Shown piece by piece: positions 58,618 to 64,000 of a DNA stretch of 64,000 nucleotides. Where the stretch lies: positions 3,040,001-3,104,000 of the forward strand of contig OY970342.1 in NCBI GenBank assembly GCA_963717505.1. The letters run 5' to 3'. The position numbers and the translations under genes are program-made. How positions within the stretch are numbered: the first letter of the stretch is position 1; every line of letters begins with the position of its first letter. This DNA comes from Candidatus Eiseniibacteriota bacterium (GTDB lineage Bacteria; Eisenbacteria; RBG-16-71-46). A model generated the notes under the pieces. That model searched no databases and was not told the DNA's origin. It saw only the letters and a list, made by a program, of their open reading frames with translations.

Positions 58618-60307
58618 GGGAATCGCCGCCGCGCTGCGCACGATCGGGGCCGGAGACCCGGTGGACGCGGGCACGATCGAGCTGGCGATTCCGCGCGATG
58701 CCACCCACGGCGACTGGACCAGCAACGTCGCCATGGCGCTGGCGCGCACCCTGAAACGGCCGCCGCGCGCGTTGGCGGAAGCGATCGCTGCGGCGTTCCC
58801 GCAGGATCCGCGCCTCGAGACGCCCACGGTGGCCGGCCCCGGGTTCCTGAACTTTCGCTATCGCTCGGAATTCCTCGCGTCGTTGCCGGGCCGGATTCGC
58901 GAGGTCGGCGAGGCGTTCGGACGCCACGACCACGCCCAGGGCGAGGCGGTGGTGGTCGAGTACGTGAGTGCCAATCCCACGGGTCCGCTCAACGTGGTCA
59001 GTGGGCGCGCGGCCGCGGTCGGCGCGGCCCTGGTCCGTCTGTTGCGCGCCACCGGGCACCGCGCCGAGGGCGAGTTCTACGTCAACGACGCCGGCAATCA
59101 GGTCGACCTGCTCGGCGCATCGGTGGCGGCGCGATTCGCCGAACGCATCGGCATGGCGCGACCGTTTCCGGAGCAGGGCTACAAGGGCGAGTACGTGGCC
59201 GAGCTGGCGGCGGCGCTGCCCGAGGCCGAAGCACGCGCCGCACTCGGGCGTGACCAGGTCGCCTGGTTCCGTCGCGAGGCGCTCGAGCGCATGCTGGCCA
59301 GCCAGCGGCGCGATCTCGCCGACTACGGCGCCGAGTTCGCCACCTGGTTTCGCGAGTCGACGGTCCACGAGCGCGGCGACGTCGCGAGCACTCTGCGCGA
59401 GCTCGAGCAGCGCGAGATGACCTACCGCGCGACCCGGCCCGAAGTCGACACCGGCGGGCGCGACGACGCCGAGGAAGCCGCGGCCACCGGCGAAGCGACC
59501 TGGCTGCGCACCAGCCGCTTCGGGGACGAAAAAGACCGAGTGATCGTCAAGAGCGACGGCCAGCCGACGTACCTATTGCCGGACATCGCGTACCACCGGG
59601 ACAAGCGGGCGCGCGGGTTTCGCCGGGCGATCGACCTTTGGGGGCCGGATCACCACGCGCACATCGCGCGCATGAAGGCCGCGCTCGCGGCCCTGGGGGT
59701 CGAGCCCGATTTTCTCGAGGTGCTCATCGTCCAGCAGGTCAACCTGCTCGCCGGCGGCCAGCCGGTGAAGATGAGCAAGCGCGCGGGTGAGTTCGTCACC
59801 CTGCGCGACCTGATGGAGGACGTCGGCGCCGATTGCGCCAAGTTCTTCTTCCTGATGCGCGGCACCAGCGCCCACCTCGACTTCGACCTCGACCTCGCCC
59901 GGCGCCAGAACGACGACAATCCTGCCTTCTACGTTCAGTACGCGCACGCGCGCATCTGCTCGGTGATCGCTTTCGGAGCGGAGCGGGGCGCGGCCCCGGG
60001 TCCGGGGGCTCAACCCGAAGCGCCGGAGGAAGTGGCACTCGTTCGACTGCTGGCGACGTTTCCCGAGGTGATCCGCGGCGCGGCGTTCACCCGGGAACCG
60101 CAACGGATCCCGGCGTTCCTGATCGAGGCCTCCGCAGCGTTCCACCGCTTCTACCATGCCTGCCGGGTGGTGACCGAGGACGCGGCGCGCACCCGGTCGC
60201 GCCTCGAACTCGCCGATGCCACGCGCATCGTGCTGCGCAATGGCCTGGCCCTGATCGGCGTGACCGCGCCCGAGCGCATGGCGCGGGCCGTGGAGCCGGT
60301 GGCGTGA
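58595..60307 (+). CDS. argS: Arginine--tRNA ligase
   Basis: HGDWTSNVAM, AGPGFLN, EYVSANPTGPL, YVNDAGNQ, KMSKRAG, YVQYAHARICS; start approximate (TTG). Confidence 0.95.
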   Translation: MIWTSLTEGIAAALRTIGAGDPVDAGTIELAIPRDATHGDWTSNVAMALARTLKRPPRALAEAIAAAFPQDPRLETPTVAGPGFLNFRYRSEFLASLPGRIREVGEAFGRHDHAQGEAVVVEYVSANPTGPLNVVSGRAAAVGAALVRLLRATGHRAEGEFYVNDAGNQVDLLGASVAARFAERIGMARPFPEQGYKGEYVAELAAALPEAEARAALGRDQVAWFRREALERMLASQRRDLADYGAEFATWFRESTVHERGDVASTLRELEQREMTYRATRPEVDTGGRDDAEEAAATGEATWLRTSRFGDEKDRVIVKSDGQPTYLLPDIAYHRDKRARGFRRAIDLWGPDHHAHIARMKAALAALGVEPDFLEVLIVQQVNLLAGGQPVKMSKRAGEFVTLRDLMEDVGADCAKFFFLMRGTSAHLDFDLDLARRQNDDNPAFYVQYAHARICSVIAFGAERGAAPGPGAQPEAPEEVALVRLLATFPEVIRGAAFTREPQRIPAFLIEASAAFHRFYHACRVVTEDAARTRSRLELADATRIVLRNGLALIGVTAPERMARAVEPVA

Positions 60308-61251
60308 GCGACCGGAGCATCCTGGTGGTCGGGTCGGTCGCACTCGACTCGATTCGCACGCCGTTCGGCGCGGTCGAGGAGGCGCTCGGCGGCTCGGCGT
60401 CGTATTTCGCGGTCTCGGCCAGCCACTTCGCGCCGGTGCGGGTCATCGCCGTGGTCGGCGAGGATTTCCCCGACGAGCATCGCACGCTGTTCGCCGAGCG
60501 CGGCATCGACACCTCGGGACTCGAAGTCGCGGCCGGCCGTACGTTTCGCTGGCGGGGGGAGTACGCCGCCGAGCTGGGGCACGCGCACACGCTCGAGACC
60601 CAGCTCAACGTGTTCTCGGAGTTCCACCCGCAGCTCGAGGACCGCCATCGGCAGACGCCGTTCGTGTTCCTCGCGAACATCGACCCGGAGCTCCAGCTCG
60701 AAGTGCTCCGCCAGACGCGCGGCGCGCGTCTGACACTCTCGGACACCATGAACTACTGGATCGCGCGGCGACCCGATCGCGTGCTCGACGTACTCCGCGA
60801 AGTCGACATCGCGCTGTTCAACGAGGAAGAGGCGCGCTCGCTGGCCGGCGAGACCCAGATCGTGCGGGCGGCCGAGCGGCTGCTCGAGCAGGGAGCCCGC
60901 GCGGTGATCATCAAGAAGGGCGAGCACGGCGCGCTCTATCAATCACGTGAAGACCGGTTCATCACGCCGGCGTTTCCGGTCGGCAGCCTGGCGGATCCGA
61001 CCGGCGCCGGGGACTCCTTCGCCGGCGGCGTGCTCGGCTGGCTGGCGCGCACCGGTCGCCGCGACACCGCGACCATCCGGCAGGCCCTGGTCTGTGGTTC
61101 GGTCATGGCTTCGATCGCGATCGAGGGGTTCAGTCCACGCCCACTGGCCGAAGTTTCCCCCAGTGAAATCCGGGAACGGGTTCGGGGCCTCCACCGACTG
61201 GTTCACTTCGAGCTGCCCGAGGATCTGCCCGGATCTGATGCGCGACCTTAG
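60304..61251 (+). CDS. PfkB-family sugar/nucleoside kinase
   Basis: GSVALD, GGSASYF, VGEDF, KKGEHG, DPTGAGDSFAGG. Confidence 0.92.
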   Translation: MSDRSILVVGSVALDSIRTPFGAVEEALGGSASYFAVSASHFAPVRVIAVVGEDFPDEHRTLFAERGIDTSGLEVAAGRTFRWRGEYAAELGHAHTLETQLNVFSEFHPQLEDRHRQTPFVFLANIDPELQLEVLRQTRGARLTLSDTMNYWIARRPDRVLDVLREVDIALFNEEEARSLAGETQIVRAAERLLEQGARAVIIKKGEHGALYQSREDRFITPAFPVGSLADPTGAGDSFAGGVLGWLARTGRRDTATIRQALVCGSVMASIAIEGFSPRPLAEVSPSEIRERVRGLHRLVHFELPEDLPGSDARP

Positions 61252-61278
61252 TGTTCCGGGCTAAAGTCATGGTAGAGT
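61244..61278 (+). promoter_or_regulatory. Inverted repeat plus extended -10 promoter
   Basis: GACCTTAG-N9-CTAAAGTC (61244-61268), then TGg-TAGAGT (61270-61278). Confidence 0.45.
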
Positions 61279-61318
61279 GTGACCTCGACGCCTCACCCCC
61301 CTGGAGGAGCCGCCTGAG

Positions 61319-62038
61319 ATGAGCAGCCCACGGGCACTCGACACCGCCCAAGTGGAAGAAGCCATTCGTCGACACGCCCGAGGTGTCGAAAGCGTGCGGG
61401 TCCAGGCCGAAGGCGAGGATCTGCGCGAGATCCATGTGATGCCGCGGCCGGGGTGGACTGCCAAGCAGATCGTGCGCGATATCAAGACCATCGTGCTCAA
61501 CAAGTTCGACAAGGCGATCGACCATCGCATCGTTTCGGTCGCCGACGCACCCGACGAGTGGCCCGGCGGTGAGGCCGAGCCGGCACCCAAACGCGGAGCG
61601 CCGCGGTCCGTCGACGCGCGTGTCCGATTCGGCAGCGTCAACGTCTATGTCACCGGCCGTCGAGCGCAGGCGCAGGTCGAAGTGCGCTGGAAGGGCGTGC
61701 CGCGCATGGGCAGCGCCTCCGGCTGGAGCAGCCGCGACGAAGCCCTCGATCTGGTGGTTCAGGCCACGCTTGCCACGATCCAGGAATTCCTGGACGATGG
61801 CATCGCCTTCGGGTTCGAGGGCGTCGAGGTGGTTCGAGTCGGACGCCGGGAGGTCGTGGTGGTCGGACTCGAGCTGTTGGCGTATCGTGCCCACAAGAGT
61901 CTGGTGGGTGCGTGCACGGTGGAAGCCGACGTGCAACAGGCGGCAGTGCTCGCCACCTTGTCGGCACTGAATCGTGTGCTGGGCGGACTGCCGACCCGCG
62001 AACCCACCGAATACGTTTTGAGGCCGACATCGTCCTGA
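61319..62038 (+). CDS. Uncharacterised 239-aa protein (N-terminal alpha/beta domain + duplicated beta-beta-beta-alpha region resembling the LeuA regulatory domain)
   Basis: GGAGGAG SD; 'EIHV...KQIVRDI...IDHRIVSVA'; repeats ending 'VVQATLATIQEFL' and 'AAVLATLSALNRVL'. Confidence 0.8.
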   Translation: MSSPRALDTAQVEEAIRRHARGVESVRVQAEGEDLREIHVMPRPGWTAKQIVRDIKTIVLNKFDKAIDHRIVSVADAPDEWPGGEAEPAPKRGAPRSVDARVRFGSVNVYVTGRRAQAQVEVRWKGVPRMGSASGWSSRDEALDLVVQATLATIQEFLDDGIAFGFEGVEVVRVGRREVVVVGLELLAYRAHKSLVGACTVEADVQQAAVLATLSALNRVLGGLPTREPTEYVLRPTSS

Positions 62039-62099
62039 GGGAGGACAGCGAAGCGAAACTGGAGCGAAGCGTACCCACCTGAGGCAGCTCAAAAAAAAA

Positions 62100-62132
62100 C
62101 ACTCCGTCGGGGCAACCCGATCAAAGGAGGTG
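62100..62132. other. Hairpin (GCAA tetraloop) that can mask the micro-ORF SD; reads as a terminator-like hairpin + T9 on the minus strand
   Basis: TCGGG-GCAA-CCCGA (62107-62120), extended by CACTCC (62100-62105) pairing with GGAG-G-TG (62126-62132); A9 tract at 62091-62099. Confidence 0.55.
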
Positions 62133-62138
62133 GGTCGC

Positions 62139-62165
62139 GTGAAGATGGGTAAGGCTGGGTGGTAG
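62139..62165 (+). CDS. Putative micropeptide MKMGKAGW (8 aa)
   Basis: AAAGGAGGTG (62123-62132); GTG 8 nt after GGAGG; GTG AAG ATG GGT AAG GCT GGG TGG TAG. Confidence 0.6.
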   Translation: MKMGKAGW

Positions 62166-62256
62166 ATTTCGCCCGCAGTACGTAGAACCTCCTGATTGTT
62201 CGGTGTCGGTCTCACCCAACGTGGCAATCCCGCAACCTGTCCCCCGGGTGACAACC

Positions 62257-63579
62257 ATGGTCGACGTCCCGCCGTTCGCCCACCCTCGGTGGTTCCGGGT
62301 CTACTTCTTCGCCGCACTGCTGACCGCACTCGCCGCCTTCGTCGCGACGCCGTCCGGTGCCCAGCCGCCACTCCTGATTCTCGGGGTCGTGGTCGGCCTG
62401 ATGCTGGCGCTCGAGCTGACGCCGATCGAGCTGCCCGGCGGCGGTTACGCGACCACCAGCGCGGTCGTCGACCTGCCGGCCATCGTGCTGATCGGACCGT
62501 TCTGGACCGCGGTGCTCGACGTGATCGCGATCGGCGTCGCCCAGGGGCTGGTGCGCCGGCGCGCGCCGATCAAGGTGATCCACAATGTCGCGGTCGCGAT
62601 CCTCACCGACCTGGCCGCCGGCTGGGCCTGGCACGCGGCCGGTGGCGCGACTTCGGGACGAGCGTTCGCCGAATGGATGGCGCCGTTGTTCGCGATGGGC
62701 TTCGCCTACTTCGCGGTCAACTCGACGCTGGCCGCGGTCGCGGTCGGCCTGACCCAGGGGCCGAACCCACTGCGGGTGTGGGAGCGGAGTTTCCTCGACG
62801 GCATCATCCACCACGTCTCGTTCCTGGCGCTCGGCATCCTGGCGACCATGACCTACCGGGTTGCGGGGGGGTGGGGACTCCTGTTCTTCGCGATTCCGTT
62901 CATGGTCGCGCGCCATTCGTTCCGGCTCTACGTGGAGATCCGCTCCGACTTGAAGGACTTCGTGCGCGCGCTCTCGGAGGTGCTCGAAGAGGTCGATCCC
63001 TACACCCGGCACCACTCGGCGCGAGTCTCCCAGTACGCCGTGCGCCTGTCCCGCGAACTGGGGCTCCCGGAACGCGAAGTCGAAGAGGTCGAATACGCGG
63101 CCCTGGTCCACGACCTGGGCAAGATCGGGCCGCAGCATCAGCACATCCTCCAGAAACCGGGCAGCCTGTCGCACGAGGAGCAGCGCACGCTGCGCTCGCA
63201 CCCGGCCGCTGGCGCCGAGATCGTGCGCAAGGTGCGGGCCCTCCGGCGGCCGGCCGAGATCATTCGCGCCCACCACGAGCGTCCGGACGGACAGGGCTAC
63301 CCGTTCGGACTGCAATCCGACGACGTTCCGATCGGCGCTCGCATCCTCAACGTTGCCGACGCGTTCGACGCGATGACCTCGGACCGGCCGTATCGCCGCG
63401 CATTGTCGGTGCGGGCGGCACTCGACGAACTCAGACGCGGCGCCGGCACCCAGTTCGACGATCAGGTGGTCGCCGCGCTGGTGCGGATGAACGAGCAGCA
63501 GCGCTTCCCGCTGTTGCCGAGTCCGAGCAGCGAGGACCTGCAGCAGCTGCGCATTCGCCCCCTGCGTCTGCGCGCGTGA
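62257..63579 (+). CDS. Membrane-bound HD-GYP cyclic-dinucleotide phosphodiesterase with multi-TM (MASE-like) sensor
   Basis: About 7 TM helices, then DPYT..HS.RV, HDLGKIG, HP..GAEI, HHER.DGQGYP, ADAFDAMTSDRPYR, GTQFD. Start could be GTG 62203. Confidence 0.92.
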   Translation: MVDVPPFAHPRWFRVYFFAALLTALAAFVATPSGAQPPLLILGVVVGLMLALELTPIELPGGGYATTSAVVDLPAIVLIGPFWTAVLDVIAIGVAQGLVRRRAPIKVIHNVAVAILTDLAAGWAWHAAGGATSGRAFAEWMAPLFAMGFAYFAVNSTLAAVAVGLTQGPNPLRVWERSFLDGIIHHVSFLALGILATMTYRVAGGWGLLFFAIPFMVARHSFRLYVEIRSDLKDFVRALSEVLEEVDPYTRHHSARVSQYAVRLSRELGLPEREVEEVEYAALVHDLGKIGPQHQHILQKPGSLSHEEQRTLRSHPAAGAEIVRKVRALRRPAEIIRAHHERPDGQGYPFGLQSDDVPIGARILNVADAFDAMTSDRPYRRALSVRAALDELRRGAGTQFDDQVVAALVRMNEQQRFPLLPSPSSEDLQQLRIRPLRLRA

Positions 63580-64000
63580 TGCGCTACCGCGACGCGGGGG
63601 TCGACCTCGACCGCGCCGACGCGATCAAGCATCGGCTGATCGAATCGGTGCGCTCGACCTGGGGTGCCAACGTGCGGCCGCTGGTCGGAGGGTTCGCCGG
63701 CGTCATGGAGTGGCCGGCGGGGCCGACGCTGATCGCGGCGACTATGGATGGGGTCGGGACCAAGCTGCACGTCGCGCTGGCCGCGGGTCGGGTCGGGGAT
63801 GCGGCCGCGGATCTCGTCTATCACGGCGCCAACGACCTGCTGGTCCACGGCGCCCGCCCGCTCGCCTTCCTCGACTACATCGCCCAGGCTCGGCTCGATC
63901 CGGAAGTGATCGCGGATGCCGTCGATGGGCTGGCGCGCGCGTGTCGCGAAGTGGGCGCGGTCCTGCTCGGGGGTGAGACGGCCGAGATGCCCGACACCTA
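63579..64000 (+). CDS. purM: Phosphoribosylformylglycinamidine cyclo-ligase, 3'-truncated
   Basis: My translation (absent from the ORF track): MRYRDAGVD...GGFAG...DGVGTK...NDLLVHGARPLAFLDY...GGETAEMP. Confidence 0.95.
   Translation, partial: MRYRDAGVDLDRADAIKHRLIESVRSTWGANVRPLVGGFAGVMEWPAGPTLIAATMDGVGTKLHVALAAGRVGDAAADLVYHGANDLLVHGARPLAFLDYIAQARLDPEVIADAVDGLARACREVGAVLLGGETAEMPDT

Noticed and set aside
62139-62165. Micro-ORF as a classical type I toxin or AgrD autoinducer
   Set aside because: Too short and not hydrophobic enough for a membrane toxin; no Cys/Ser ring residue and no AgrB-like gene nearby.
62039-62256. Known c-di-GMP-I/II riboswitch upstream of the HD-GYP gene
   Set aside because: Only a GNRA hairpin is shared; I could not match the GEMM or class II consensus by eye. 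An Rfam scan would settle it.

Overview
High-GC bacterial chromosomal segment from a diderm organism (LPS glycosyltransferases, Omp85/TamAB, Bat operon). The gene content suggests an FCB-like lineage, possibly Ca. Eisenbacteria, but that is a guess. It holds about 55 tightly coupled genes, all but one on the + strand, and most are housekeeping: recJ-rel-dtd-maf, rplM-rpsI-rpsB-tsf-pyrH-frr-cdsA-dxr, LPS glycosyltransferases, rseP-tamA-tamB-Omp85, pcrA-gatCAB-purDE-tsaC, phosphatase-ilvE-rpiB-glyA, moxR-DUF58-bat, cca-ispB-rsfS-argS-pfkB, purM. I saw no tRNA/rRNA, CRISPR array or mobile element. The most interesting locus is 61244-63579: an uncharacterised protein, then an unannotated 8-codon ORF (MKMGKAGW) with a perfect Shine-Dalgarno inside a structured RNA region, then a multi-TM HD-GYP phosphodiesterase. 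This is a candidate micropeptide-linked c-di-GMP signalling module. Other oddities: a His-less PTS EIIA paired with a truncated CT398/HP0958-type Zn ribbon, an orphan gene behind a sigma54-type promoter with an IHF-like palindrome, several enzymes with altered catalytic motifs, and a probable non-canonical start for pcrA. Start codons were refined by eye and no database searches were run.
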